64,000 nucleotides of DNA from a virus, in IMG/VR virus record IMGVR_UViG_3300007623_000006, positions 47,097 through 111,096 of that record; one strand, given 5' to 3'. The notes beneath the pieces were generated by a model, which had not been told where the DNA came from, ran no database searches, and was given only the letters and a program-made list of their open reading frames with translations. Within the stretch, counting starts at the first letter, position 1, and every line of letters starts with the position of its first letter. A program made the position numbers and the translations under genes. This document shows, one piece after another, positions 10,007-20,086 of the stretch.

Positions 10007-10759
10007 ATGGCTATAGAAACACAACAAATATCAGCTGACAATGTCGTAGAAACCGACCTTAGGGTATTTGCACACCCTGACGACTTAGGTAAGTTAGATT
10101 TATTACAAATCACTGCACCTACAGATATAGATTATTTACTAAACAAGGTAGATAGTATTCAAAACCCAATACAAGATATGGGAGAATTTGACCCGACAAT
10201 TGATGGTATGTTCCCTGAAGGTGCTATGTCAGGTTGGTTGTACAGAGTTGCAAATGATGGTGATATAGGTTCTATGTCTCTATCAGCAGGTGACACAATT
10301 TTCGCTATTGCAGATGTAGTAGATAGAACTGACCCTAGCCTATGGGTAAAAATTGATAATACAGAAGGTAACGATATCCTTAGAACTAATGATATTGATA
10401 CTGACCCAACAATGCTTAATGCAACAGATGAAACAATTGGTTCTGCTTTAGCTGTTAAGTCATATGTTGACACTATGGTTATGGACTTAAACACTACTTT
10501 AATGACAGAAATTGAAGCAGCTGGACAGTCTAGTACATCTGCAATCAAAGTAACTGATTGGGTGGATATAGTTGAAGATGGAACAGACTCACTTATGGTG
10601 ATGATTGAGCCACCTGCAGGTATTGTAAGAATTTACATTGAAGCATGGGGAGATATAGTTGACGGATGGACAATTACACCAGGTATTCCAGAAGTTAGAT
10701 TTACTGATGATGTTGAGCACATTGGTAAAAGAGTAAAAATCACTTATCTAGTAAACTAA
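10007..10759 (+). CDS. Putative tail/baseplate-associated structural protein
   Basis: AATAAATA at 9963-9970; the WLYRVANDG...AGD...WVKIDNT motif is typical of phage fibre-type proteins. Confidence 0.6.
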   Translation: MAIETQQISADNVVETDLRVFAHPDDLGKLDLLQITAPTDIDYLLNKVDSIQNPIQDMGEFDPTIDGMFPEGAMSGWLYRVANDGDIGSMSLSAGDTIFAIADVVDRTDPSLWVKIDNTEGNDILRTNDIDTDPTMLNATDETIGSALAVKSYVDTMVMDLNTTLMTEIEAAGQSSTSAIKVTDWVDIVEDGTDSLMVMIEPPAGIVRIYIEAWGDIVDGWTITPGIPEVRFTDDVEHIGKRVKITYLVN

Positions 10760-10850
10760 TTAATTTTAGTTTACTGATATAACCTTTACCCTACTTTATG
10801 TAGGAGATATTTTTAATTTACCCTCTTAATGAGGAGTCCTTAGAAGGTTA
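10750..10850 (+). promoter_or_regulatory. Structured RNA leader: a 10-bp hairpin, then a multibranch stem with two repeated hairpins
   Basis: AGTAAACTAA(10750-59)/TTAGTTTACT(10766-75). TAACCTT(10780-86)/AAGGTTA(10844-50) encloses TTTACCCTACTTTATGTAGGAG(10785-806) and TTTACCCTCTTAATGAGGAG(10817-36). Confidence 0.6.
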
Positions 10851-10853
10851 ATA

Positions 10854-11036
10854 ATGGTATTAGTATACAATAAAAATGGAGAGACTACAGAACCATGTAG
10901 CAACAAAATTGCTAGGCTACTGTTAAAAGAAGATAAAGCAACTGTAAAGTCTTACAGACCATTTACTATACAACTTAAATTCAACTTAGATGAATTGTAT
11001 AAAAAATTTATTGAAGATAAAGCAGGTGACAAATAA
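10854..11036 (+). CDS. Stand-alone PLMP/RRXRR-like domain (IscB N-terminal domain) micro-protein
   Basis: MVLVYNKNGETTEPCSNKIARLLLKEDKATVKSYRPFTIQLK matches the IscB N-terminal pattern VxVxxxxGxPLMPxxxxxARxLLKxGKAxVxxxxPFTIQL; no RuvC or HNH follows. Confidence 0.8.
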   Translation: MVLVYNKNGETTEPCSNKIARLLLKEDKATVKSYRPFTIQLKFNLDELYKKFIEDKAGDK

Positions 11037-11710
11037 TGGCACTATTATTCAATGAAATACAATCATCATACATTTTACTTAAAAATACCTTTAATAATGT
11101 TCTAAAGGACAGTAAAAATGCACAAGAAGCATTTGAAAGATTAGACTCATTACTTGTACCTGCTACACAAGAAAAAGATGGTTTATTTGCTGCAAGTGAT
11201 AAATTAAAACTTGACACATTACAAGACACTGTAGAAGATGGTGGTATTGGTCATATTTCACTTACAAGTGGGTACGGAACATACTCATTTGAGTCTAACA
11301 CTATAGAGGACACATATACAATACACCACAACCTAAATTCTTTCAATTTGACTGTGACAGTTATGTTTATGAATGATGAAGGTTATTGGGAAAATGCAGT
11401 ATTCCCTATGAAATACCTAGACGAGAACACTATTTTTATAGAACTTATAGAACCAAGAGAAGTTATTGTACATATAAATGCAGTTGAGTATTTTTTCTCA
11501 TTCTCATATGAAAATAATAATTCACAATTAGTACACGAAATAACTCACAATTTAAATTCGTTTAATTTACTGTATAACATTATGATTTATGACATTGAAG
11601 AAGCAGTTTGGAAAAACGACCTTGCTAAATTTGTTTATAAAGATGAAAATAACTGCATTTTAACTTTAACTGATGCTTCACCATGTAGAGTGAACTTTAT
11701 TAGACTTTAG
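11036..11710 (+). CDS. Structural protein with two IxHNL domains
   Basis: ATQEKDGLFAASDKLKLD fibre repeat; IHHNLNSFNL and ITHNLNSFNL duplicated domains; TAATG coupling. Confidence 0.7.
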   Translation: MALLFNEIQSSYILLKNTFNNVLKDSKNAQEAFERLDSLLVPATQEKDGLFAASDKLKLDTLQDTVEDGGIGHISLTSGYGTYSFESNTIEDTYTIHHNLNSFNLTVTVMFMNDEGYWENAVFPMKYLDENTIFIELIEPREVIVHINAVEYFFSFSYENNNSQLVHEITHNLNSFNLLYNIMIYDIEEAVWKNDLAKFVYKDENNCILTLTDASPCRVNFIRL

Positions 11711-11792
11711 AATTTCGTTTAAATAAATATATATGAAATTAAGAAGACTAAAATCTTTTTAATATGCATATTAAATAAAAACGGAGAAAAAA

Positions 11793-13934
11793 ATGGCAAA
11801 TTTTATTAAAGCACACGGATTATCTATCGCTAATGGTGGATATGTTGAGAATGCTATAATTGAAACATTAACTACTGCACCAGCATCATTAGAAGTTGGT
11901 AGATTGTATTACGATTCAACTGCTTCAGAATTAAAGTATGTTAAAGCTGATGGTGGTGTTGCTACTGTTAAGACTTTCGCTACAAAAGAAGATGCTGATG
12001 CATTTAAAGCGTTATTAGATTCAACTGATGGAGCTGCAGAAGTTGGTGTTACTGGTGTTACTGGTGTTAATGGTGAGTTTAGTATTACTGACGGTGATGT
12101 TCAAGTTTCTGTAGATGCAATTGTTGCTGCTATTGATGCTGAAATTAAAGCAAGAAAAAATGCTATCACAACTGAAGCAAATGCTAGAACTGCAGCTGAT
12201 ACTGCAATTACAACTGCTTATGAAGCGGCTGATACTGCAATTACAACTGCTTATGAAGCGGCTGATACTGCAATTAATGCAACAATTACTGCATTAAAAG
12301 ATGGTTCTGAATCAACAATCGCTGACTTAGATGGAGCTGATGCTGCACAAGTTGCAAGATTAGTTGCGTTAGAAGATTTAGTTGATGGTGATATGGGTGA
12401 CATGACAACATTAACTACAGACCATAAGGACACATTAGTTGGAGCAATTAACGAAGTTGATGCAAACGCTGATGCTACTGCTGCTGATTTAGCACAAGAA
12501 ATCTCTGATAGAGAAACTGCTATTACTGATTTAACTACTTACACTGATACAAACTTTGTAAACAAAACTACTTCATCATTACAATCAATTGTTGCTGATG
12601 TTAATATGGGTGGTTCTTTAACAGTTACTGGTGACTTAACAGTTAACGGTGGTAACTTTGTTACTGAAGCTGAAGTTGTTACTTTTGCTGACAATGTTTT
12701 AACATTAAACTCTAATGTTACAACTGGTGCACCAACTGAAAACGCTGGTTTAGAAGTTTCAAGAGGTGATGAGGGTACATTATCTATCTTCACATTCAAT
12801 GAGTTAAATGATTATGTTACTATTCCTGTATGGGATGCTACTGCAAATGAAGGTGCTGGTGCGTTTGTTCAAGACGAAATCGCTGGTAAAACATGGGCTG
12901 GTGCTGAATTCTTAAGAATTGAAGATGCTACTGCTGCATTAGGTGCTGATTTACAAGCTGAATTAGACCTTAGTCAAGCTAGTGCTGGATTAACTGTAGA
13001 CGGTGAGTATGTTGTTGCAACATCTGCTAACTACATCGCTACTGCTACAACTTTACACAATGCTACAGTATTATTAGATACACAAGCTAAAACAACTGCT
13101 GACGCTTTAGCACAAGAAATTTCTGACAGAGAATCTGCTGTAACAGCTGAAGAAACTGCAAGAATTGCTGCTGATACTGCTGAAGAAACTGCAAGAATTG
13201 CAGGTGATGACGCTTTAGACGCAAGAGTTACTACAGTTGAAGAACAAGTAAATGGTAAAATTGGTGAATTATCTACATTAACTAATACTGATAATGACAC
13301 TGGTTTAGTTGCTGAAAATATTGTTGATGCTATCAATGATGTTGATGCTGATTTAAGTGCTGAAGTTTCTAGAGCAACTGGTGCTGAAGCTGCTATTTCA
13401 GGTGTAATTACTGCATTAAAAGATGGTTCAACTTCTACAATTAAAAATTTAGATGATGCAATCGCTTTAAATACAACTAACTTAAACCAAGAAATTTCTG
13501 ATAGACAAGCTGCAATCACTGCTGAGCAAACTGCTAGAGAAAATGCTGATTCTGCAATCAACTCTACTATCACTGCATTAAAAGACGGTTCTACTTCAAC
13601 TATTGCTGATTTAGATACTGCTATTGCTGATGAAGTAACTAGAGCAACTGGTGCTGAAGCGACTATCAATACTACAATTTCAACAATGAAAACTGATATT
13701 AATGCAATGTACTACACATTCACTGCAGATGTAGCTGGTTCTACATTCAATATTGCACATAACTTAAATTCTGAATTTGTTTCAGTACAAGTATGGGTAT
13801 ATGATGATGCTACTACTAAATGGAAAAATGACATTGTTGCTATCGAAATCGTAGATAACGCAAACTTAAACATTTACTTAACTGAATCTAGAAAAGTTAA
13901 AGTAATCGTTTCTAAAATCGCTAACTTAGCGTAA
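11793..13934 (+). CDS. Long coiled-coil fibre/whisker-like structural protein
   Basis: Ala/Thr-rich ExxARxAAD repeats, TLVGAINE motif, C-terminal IAHNLNS domain; strong GCT/ACT codon bias; AATAAATA at 11722-29. Confidence 0.75.
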   Translation: MANFIKAHGLSIANGGYVENAIIETLTTAPASLEVGRLYYDSTASELKYVKADGGVATVKTFATKEDADAFKALLDSTDGAAEVGVTGVTGVNGEFSITDGDVQVSVDAIVAAIDAEIKARKNAITTEANARTAADTAITTAYEAADTAITTAYEAADTAINATITALKDGSESTIADLDGADAAQVARLVALEDLVDGDMGDMTTLTTDHKDTLVGAINEVDANADATAADLAQEISDRETAITDLTTYTDTNFVNKTTSSLQSIVADVNMGGSLTVTGDLTVNGGNFVTEAEVVTFADNVLTLNSNVTTGAPTENAGLEVSRGDEGTLSIFTFNELNDYVTIPVWDATANEGAGAFVQDEIAGKTWAGAEFLRIEDATAALGADLQAELDLSQASAGLTVDGEYVVATSANYIATATTLHNATVLLDTQAKTTADALAQEISDRESAVTAEETARIAADTAEETARIAGDDALDARVTTVEEQVNGKIGELSTLTNTDNDTGLVAENIVDAINDVDADLSAEVSRATGAEAAISGVITALKDGSTSTIKNLDDAIALNTTNLNQEISDRQAAITAEQTARENADSAINSTITALKDGSTSTIADLDTAIADEVTRATGAEATINTTISTMKTDINAMYYTFTADVAGSTFNIAHNLNSEFVSVQVWVYDDATTKWKNDIVAIEIVDNANLNIYLTESRKVKVIVSKIANLA
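12195..12276 (+). repeat. 33-bp perfect tandem repeat (~2.5 copies), ADTAITTAYEA
   Basis: GCTGATACTGCAATTACAACTGCTTATGAAGCG repeated in frame. Confidence 0.9.
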
Positions 13935-13946
13935 GTTTTAGAATTT

Positions 13947-13971
13947 ATATAGAGGTCACTGACCTCTATAT
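13947..13971 (+). terminator. Probable intrinsic terminator hairpin
   Basis: ATATAGAGGTC-ACT-GACCTCTATAT, just after the fibre gene stop. Confidence 0.7.
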
Positions 13972-14002
13972 TCTAATAAAAATATTATAATAAAGGATTA
14001 TT

Positions 14003-14230
14003 GTGGAAACACAAAAAACACCTGAAGAATTTCAGACCGAAATACTAACAAAACTTAAAAATCTAACCAATTATGTTAATAGACTTGATAATGTCATTTC
14101 CGAAATGGATTTAATGAAACCTAAAGAAAATATAGAATCACTTGAAAATCACATATTAATGATACAAGCACAGAAAGAGTTTGTTAAAATGGCACTACAA
14201 GAGATGAAGGACACATATGGAAACAGTTGA
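14003..14230 (+). CDS. Small helical hypothetical protein
   Basis: AAGGA SD, GTG start, amphipathic helices. Confidence 0.65.
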   Translation: METQKTPEEFQTEILTKLKNLTNYVNRLDNVISEMDLMKPKENIESLENHILMIQAQKEFVKMALQEMKDTYGNS

Positions 14231-14450
14231 AATGAAAAAACAACTTCTTGAAAAATGGTTTAAGAGAGTGCATGAACAGATAAATTTATTAGAGTATAGA
14301 GTAAGACACTTAGACTTAAAAGACCCTGCTAACAATCATTATGATTTAATTATAAATGAAGTTGAAACTCAGTTTGAAAATATCAAAGTAATAAGGAAAG
14401 TCCTTAAAAATGACGCATTTATTAGAGGATTTGATTTCAAAGAATTATAA
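14217..14450 (+). CDS. Small helical hypothetical protein
   Basis: AAGGA SD, overlaps the previous gene, similar size and helical pattern. Confidence 0.65.
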   Translation: METVEMKKQLLEKWFKRVHEQINLLEYRVRHLDLKDPANNHYDLIINEVETQFENIKVIRKVLKNDAFIRGFDFKEL

Positions 14451-14453
14451 ATA
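14446..14453 (+). promoter_or_regulatory. Late promoter TATAAATA
   Basis: Exact consensus upstream of a structured leader. Confidence 0.6.
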
Positions 14454-14546
14454 CAGTAGATTAATAAGTTGTTAATCGATAGTCATAAAAAAGAGAGGGA
14501 TGACTACCCTCGGCAACCCTATAAAAATAAAAAAGAGGTAATAACA

Positions 14547-14750
14547 ATGGCAAAAATAGACGGATTTTCAGTAGAAAAAAACGGTAAAATAGTAAGAATG
14601 GTAAAATTACAATGCGATGAGTGTGGTTTTGAATGTGTAGCAGCTGAAGCTGGTATGAAAAAATTAGAAAACATTTATGCTGGGCATGTATGTAATAACT
14701 GTATTGCTAAGAAAAATGTAGCTGTAGGTTCTAAGTGGAAAAAAGCATAA
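14547..14750 (+). CDS. Small zinc-ribbon protein
   Basis: CDEC...CNNC; GAGGT SD before ATG 14547, preferred to the track's TTG 14469. Confidence 0.7.
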   Translation: MAKIDGFSVEKNGKIVRMVKLQCDECGFECVAAEAGMKKLENIYAGHVCNNCIAKKNVAVGSKWKKA

Positions 14751-14770
14751 TCTTATTTTAGGAGATTAAC

Positions 14771-14890
14771 ATGACACTTTATGAAAAAGGCAGAGAAAGA
14801 AAATTAGCATTAAAAACAAGAGTTGAGCTAATCAAGTCTAAACAAAGAGAAAAGACTGCTAGACTAAATCTTAAAAGAATTGGTTTATAA
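14771..14890 (+). CDS. 39-aa highly basic micro-protein (not in the ORF track)
   Basis: AGGAG SD; MTLYEKGRERKLALKTRVELIKSKQREKTARLNLKRIGL* fills the intergenic gap. Confidence 0.65.
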   Translation: MTLYEKGRERKLALKTRVELIKSKQREKTARLNLKRIGL

Positions 14891-14911
14891 AGTCTGATAA
14901 CAGGAGATAAT

Positions 14912-15415
14912 ATGGCAGATATTAATGTATTTAGTGACCTTAATATGAAGAGTTCAGCTTTTAGGCTGCATTCTTATGCTGGTTTCCCTACTAACCCAAC
15001 ACCAGGAGAGTTAACTGTCGCAGATGGTGCGCTTTTCTGTTACACTGAGTTAGAAGGTCAACTGCAATGGTTACCATTAACAAATAAAAGAGAGTTTCAT
15101 ACACACAAACAAGAGACTGCATCAAGTACATGGTTAGTTGAACACAATTTAGGTACAACTGATTTTATTTTTGCAGTATATGATGTGAATAATATGTTAC
15201 AATTAGCAAATGCAACACCAATTACTGTTGATTCTATACAAGTTGAATTAACACACGAAATGATAGGTAAATGTGTTGTAATAGGTGCGAGTAATAAATT
15301 CGCCGGGTATCAATCATGTTCGGATACACAGTCTTTGACTGAAACTATTACATATGGTACTGAAGAACCAACAGGTGAAGAGGATAGTGTCCTTTATTTT
15401 CAAGTAGGAGTTTAA
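14912..15415 (+). CDS. Structural protein with a WxVxHNLG domain
   Basis: FPTNPTPGEL, ASSTWLVEHNLG; AGGAG SD. Confidence 0.7.
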   Translation: MADINVFSDLNMKSSAFRLHSYAGFPTNPTPGELTVADGALFCYTELEGQLQWLPLTNKREFHTHKQETASSTWLVEHNLGTTDFIFAVYDVNNMLQLANATPITVDSIQVELTHEMIGKCVVIGASNKFAGYQSCSDTQSLTETITYGTEEPTGEEDSVLYFQVGV

Positions 15416-15416
15416 T

Positions 15417-18400
15417 ATGTTAAACATAAAGACCTCTCAAGGCTTTACACCTCCACAAAACATATTTTATAAAAATGGAGAAGACTTTTTACAAGTTAAA
15501 AAGGTTTTCTCTAACCCGGTGATTTTAGAAAGAAATGTACTATGTTCTTGTGAAACTGGAACATCTGTTCTTGTTAAGCAACTTGTAGGTTATATGAATA
15601 CTCTTTTAGAATTACAAAAGTATGAAACACCAGAAGAACAAGCAGCTCTACAAACAGAAATTGCTTCATTATCAAATGAAATTGAATCATTAAAAATTGA
15701 ACAAATTATATTAAATCAGCAAATTGAAATAATAGATAATAATAGACATCTTATTAACAATGTCAATACTACTGCTGACGCATTAGAAAAAATTACAAAA
15801 TATGTTTTACAAGACGATTCTGACCCTCAGATAGCTATTAAAATTGTTACTGGTTCTGGAACAAAAAATCCAGATGTACAATTTAGCCCTTTACCAGATG
15901 ATATGTTTAAATATGAAGGTAACTATTATTATATAGCAAGTCAAAGTAATCAAACAACTGCATTACAATATTTAACTGATATATTTGGTGAAGGAAAAGT
16001 ATCTCTAGAAGTGTTTTCGTCAAACCAGATAACTACAAAAATTAGAGAAAGTCTGAAACAATATGTTGATATAAATCTTGGTTCTTTAGAAAAGATTAAA
16101 AATCAACAAATTATTATAGATAAAAAAATAGAGGCAAGAAAACAAATAATTTCTATTGACCCGTCATTAGAAACAGAACATACAGATACATTTATTAAAG
16201 AATTTTATGAAGTTTCATCTTTATTAGAAATAGACTCAACATATTCTAGTAATCTTTTACAAAATACAAGTTTAAGAGCGGACAATTTATATAATTATTC
16301 AAGAATAGATACTAAAAGCCCTTTATTTCCATATGTTTATGAAAGTTTAAATAATAATGCTAGCGATATTCAATCTAGTATTAATACAGTTAAATCTATT
16401 AATATAAGTAATAAAATTTCACCTTTAAGCCCTGTACAAGAATATACAAGTTCAGATATACATGAATTTAAATTTAACAAATTAGGGGCATATACAACTG
16501 GTGTTGATTCTATCTATATAGATGGTGTTACTACATTAGAAGAAACTAACGAACATACAAGAATTATTTCTGAAACAGATGATACTGTTCATAATATAAG
16601 TACTCTGAATATTAATGCAACAACTGACAATCATGTAAATATTGTTACACCAGTTGATACATATAGTTACTATGATTTAGGTGAAAATGTTACTGTTACT
16701 TCAGGTTTAGTTGATATAATTTCTGAGAATGGTGACACACTATATCCAATTGAAGCTGTTAATACAATAGCATATTCAGGTGTTGAGGAAAGTGGTAATT
16801 TAGAGATTGATGTTAAAAGTTTAGGTAGTGTTGGTACAACAATGCCAATACCATCAGAATGGGGAAATGAATTTTATGTATCATACACAATTCCGTCTTC
16901 TGGTATAGATACAACATCTACAAACTATTTAAGATTAATTGACCGAAGTACTAATTATCATATAAAACTTGCACCTGTAAGAAATGTTGAAGGTACTTAT
17001 CATATAGTAAGTGCAATTTTATCAGATTCACAAGTATCATTATTTGGGCAAGGATATGTTTTAAATCCAGGTGATGTAGTTACTTATAAACTTGTAAATG
17101 TTCGTAATACATACAATTCTGCGTTATACAGTACTCGTACATATGTATATATTAATGGGGAGTATGTTACTGCTTTATATGGACAACCTGATACAAATTT
17201 CTCAAATGTTATATTAAGTCATGAAATTAATACGACTGATAGAAGTGTAATTTACGCTAATGGAAAATATATAAATTTTGCTGATTCGGAAAATATATTA
17301 TCTGACTTTAGAATATTTAATAAGCTAGAAATTGGTTTGGCTGAAACGAATTCTATGTCATATATTATTAGTGAATATGGAAACGAAGTTTCAAATGTTA
17401 TTAGTAATGTAGATGTATCAAGTGAAACTGAATGGATAATAGCTGAAGTAAAAGATTATGTTACAACGACAGATTTACCACAAGTTACTTCAATTCAAAG
17501 TAAACTTGGAGAATATATAATTTCATCATATTCTGGTAATGTTATAGAACTTATTGAAAGTAATGTAATAAGTGGAACTCCACATGATAAAATTATTTCT
17601 CAAATGGGAAGTAGTGTAGTTGATTTATCTGGTGATATTAAAACAGAAGTTAATCACCCAGAATTAATTGCTAATATCGAAAGTGAAATAATTGAATTAC
17701 AAGAGAATGTAAAAGTTACTATTGATATACCAAAAGTTATAAGTGAATTTGATGATAGTGTTCAAAATTTACAAGAAAATGTTAATATTGTAAATGACCC
17801 AATTCCATTTACTGTTTATCAAGAATCAGTAAAATTAAATAGATTAACTAAACCAAGTGTTATTCCTGAAGGAATTCAAATACATGGTAGAGTAGTTAAA
17901 AATGTTGGTGAATTGAATAGAATACCAGCTATAACAGTAATACCAAGTAAAATTCCAAATTATATTTCAACACAAACAAATATGGATTATATTTTTGAAA
18001 TTGATAATAATACAACAACAAATGAGACAAAAAATGCTAATATAGTTTCTCAAATAAATGAGGCTTCTACTGTTAGACTAGTTTCTCCTTCTATGATTTT
18101 AAATAGTGTTGAAAAATTTATTGCTGTTGGTAAATCAGTTAATACTGTAAATATGGTTGAAAATCTGGTTGATGTTGAACAAGATAATAATGTAATCAAC
18201 AACATAGAAACTAAAAATATAGATATAACAGTAAATGCTAGAACTTTACCTTCTGATAAGGATGTTGCAACATTTGCAATTAGTGGAAGTAGTAGTAATG
18301 TAGTTGATATTGACTCAAGTGCCTTTATGACACCTAGCATAAACACAAATAAAATAGTTGTACAAACTAATGATAATATATCTGATATCAACAACGATAA

Positions 18401-18749
18401 AAATATCGGTATAAGTTCATTCTCTAATGTTATTGTAAGTCAAACAAATAATGAGATTTCAGAATTAAATTTATCTAAATATTTATCGACAAGTGTTTCA
18501 AATGTAGGTGAACCGTTTAAAATAGACAATGGTATTGTAATCAGTACAATAGGAACTTCTGTACCTGTTATTATTTCTGATTCAATTAATAGTAATAATT
18601 ATAGAGTTTTCCGAACATCAGAAGGAACTGTTTATTCAGAAGTTACAACTGAACCTGTAACGACGAATAATTACTTCTATGATTATGTACAAGATAAGAT
18701 GTATAGGTTAGTGTCTTCTGATGGATACCTTGACCTTATACAAATGTAA
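15417..18749 (+). CDS. Large putative tail/baseplate protein
   Basis: 1110 aa; N-terminal coiled coil, then Ile/Ser/Asn-rich beta repeats (xIISE/QxG). Confidence 0.6.
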   Translation: MLNIKTSQGFTPPQNIFYKNGEDFLQVKKVFSNPVILERNVLCSCETGTSVLVKQLVGYMNTLLELQKYETPEEQAALQTEIASLSNEIESLKIEQIILNQQIEIIDNNRHLINNVNTTADALEKITKYVLQDDSDPQIAIKIVTGSGTKNPDVQFSPLPDDMFKYEGNYYYIASQSNQTTALQYLTDIFGEGKVSLEVFSSNQITTKIRESLKQYVDINLGSLEKIKNQQIIIDKKIEARKQIISIDPSLETEHTDTFIKEFYEVSSLLEIDSTYSSNLLQNTSLRADNLYNYSRIDTKSPLFPYVYESLNNNASDIQSSINTVKSINISNKISPLSPVQEYTSSDIHEFKFNKLGAYTTGVDSIYIDGVTTLEETNEHTRIISETDDTVHNISTLNINATTDNHVNIVTPVDTYSYYDLGENVTVTSGLVDIISENGDTLYPIEAVNTIAYSGVEESGNLEIDVKSLGSVGTTMPIPSEWGNEFYVSYTIPSSGIDTTSTNYLRLIDRSTNYHIKLAPVRNVEGTYHIVSAILSDSQVSLFGQGYVLNPGDVVTYKLVNVRNTYNSALYSTRTYVYINGEYVTALYGQPDTNFSNVILSHEINTTDRSVIYANGKYINFADSENILSDFRIFNKLEIGLAETNSMSYIISEYGNEVSNVISNVDVSSETEWIIAEVKDYVTTTDLPQVTSIQSKLGEYIISSYSGNVIELIESNVISGTPHDKIISQMGSSVVDLSGDIKTEVNHPELIANIESEIIELQENVKVTIDIPKVISEFDDSVQNLQENVNIVNDPIPFTVYQESVKLNRLTKPSVIPEGIQIHGRVVKNVGELNRIPAITVIPSKIPNYISTQTNMDYIFEIDNNTTTNETKNANIVSQINEASTVRLVSPSMILNSVEKFIAVGKSVNTVNMVENLVDVEQDNNVINNIETKNIDITVNARTLPSDKDVATFAISGSSSNVVDIDSSAFMTPSINTNKIVVQTNDNISDINNDKNIGISSFSNVIVSQTNNEISELNLSKYLSTSVSNVGEPFKIDNGIVISTIGTSVPVIISDSINSNNYRVFRTSEGTVYSEVTTEPVTTNNYFYDYVQDKMYRLVSSDGYLDLIQM

Positions 18750-18760
18750 GGAGCTAAATA

Positions 18761-20086
18761 ATGGCATTTCAAGCAGATGTGTTGGTAGCAAATAAAGTGA
18801 TTTATAAATCAAATGATATATTATCAGGAACTAGAGAAGTATCTCAAATGGTTTCTGATAATCTTGTTATTATTGATAGTGACTCACTTACAGGTACTAA
18901 TGACACTAATACAATAACAAATATTTCTGATGAGATTTTATCAGGAACTTTGTATATCGATGTTACATTAGATATAAATGCTTCATCCGCAGATTACACA
19001 AATGTGATAAAAGTTAATGGATTTAATCCTTCATTTATTGAAAGTAATGATAATACTATTAAATTCATTTCAAATAACACTAATATTAATGCGTTTGAAA
19101 TTATTTCAACTGGTGCTTATACAATAACAGAAGTTAATGTTTCAAGAAATTATAATAATATTAAATTAACTTCTGATTATGTTAGTTTACCATATACATA
19201 TAATAAAGTTAAACAAGAAAACTGGAAAATTATAAGGTCTAGTGCAAAAATAGATTATGACAATTCTTTTACAGAATTATTAAATGTCTCTTTAAATGAA
19301 AATTTATTAACAAATGATGTAACTCTTTTAAAAGGTGATGTCATATCTATTGATAAAGAAACATTTACTTATGTTTCATATATAAATTCATTAGGTGAAG
19401 CAGTATTAGATAATATTAGTAATATTCATGATGGTGTAACTGAAAGTGAATTTACAAAACAAGATGTATATAAAATTAATTTTTTAAAAGATTATAGAGA
19501 TGATACATATGAGTATGGTTTAAAAAGTGCTTTACTTAATCAAGAAGTAAGTGGTAATATAATATATGGTGCTATGGGTGATGAGATTATAGTTGAAGCA
19601 AATGAAGGTGGTCAAATCGTTTTAGGTGAAATGTACACTACTGGTAATTATGGTAGTATAGATGCAACTGACCCATTTGAGATTCATGTAAGTGACGATG
19701 GTACTAATTGGAATAAGGTTTATGAAAATATAGCATTATTACAAACACCTAAAACACATTTTATGTCTGGTAGTGGAAGATATGTTAAGATAGTGTTTAC
19801 AAATGAAACTAACGGTTGGGGAAGAATACAAACAAATTCAGTTAACGGTAAGTTTTGGAATTTAAGTATAGTTCATCCAGAAAGTAAATTATATAAGTTT
19901 TTACCGTCTTTAAGTGTTAATGGGACAAAAGTAATACCGGATTATGTAGATTATTTTAATGATTATTCTATTAAAACTGTAAAGTATCCAATGACAATTA
20001 TTGATGATTTTGAGATTACAATAGATTCAAATCTAATCACTAATATAGAAAATGAACTTTGGTATGAAATTGTGGGGGTAGTATAA
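18761..20086 (+). CDS. Putative tail protein with a discoidin/F5-8-like carbohydrate-binding insert
   Basis: FEIHVSDDGTNWNKVY...GRYVKIV motif. Confidence 0.55.
   Translation: MAFQADVLVANKVIYKSNDILSGTREVSQMVSDNLVIIDSDSLTGTNDTNTITNISDEILSGTLYIDVTLDINASSADYTNVIKVNGFNPSFIESNDNTIKFISNNTNINAFEIISTGAYTITEVNVSRNYNNIKLTSDYVSLPYTYNKVKQENWKIIRSSAKIDYDNSFTELLNVSLNENLLTNDVTLLKGDVISIDKETFTYVSYINSLGEAVLDNISNIHDGVTESEFTKQDVYKINFLKDYRDDTYEYGLKSALLNQEVSGNIIYGAMGDEIIVEANEGGQIVLGEMYTTGNYGSIDATDPFEIHVSDDGTNWNKVYENIALLQTPKTHFMSGSGRYVKIVFTNETNGWGRIQTNSVNGKFWNLSIVHPESKLYKFLPSLSVNGTKVIPDYVDYFNDYSIKTVKYPMTIIDDFEITIDSNLITNIENELWYEIVGVV

Noticed and set aside
10750-11036. Intact IS200/IS605 IscB element
   Set aside because: No RuvC, bridge helix, HNH or TnpA; the upstream gap is under 100 nt, too short for a full omegaRNA
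11793-13934. Tape measure or major capsid protein
   Set aside because: Internal beta/hinge motifs and a terminal HNL domain fit a fibre; no gp23 or TMP signatures
14490-14545. SAM-I riboswitch (AAGAGAGGG...CGGCAACC resemblance)
   Set aside because: Lacks the ATC/GAT P1, the kink-turn and the downstream GGTGC strand; gene context is not sulfur metabolism
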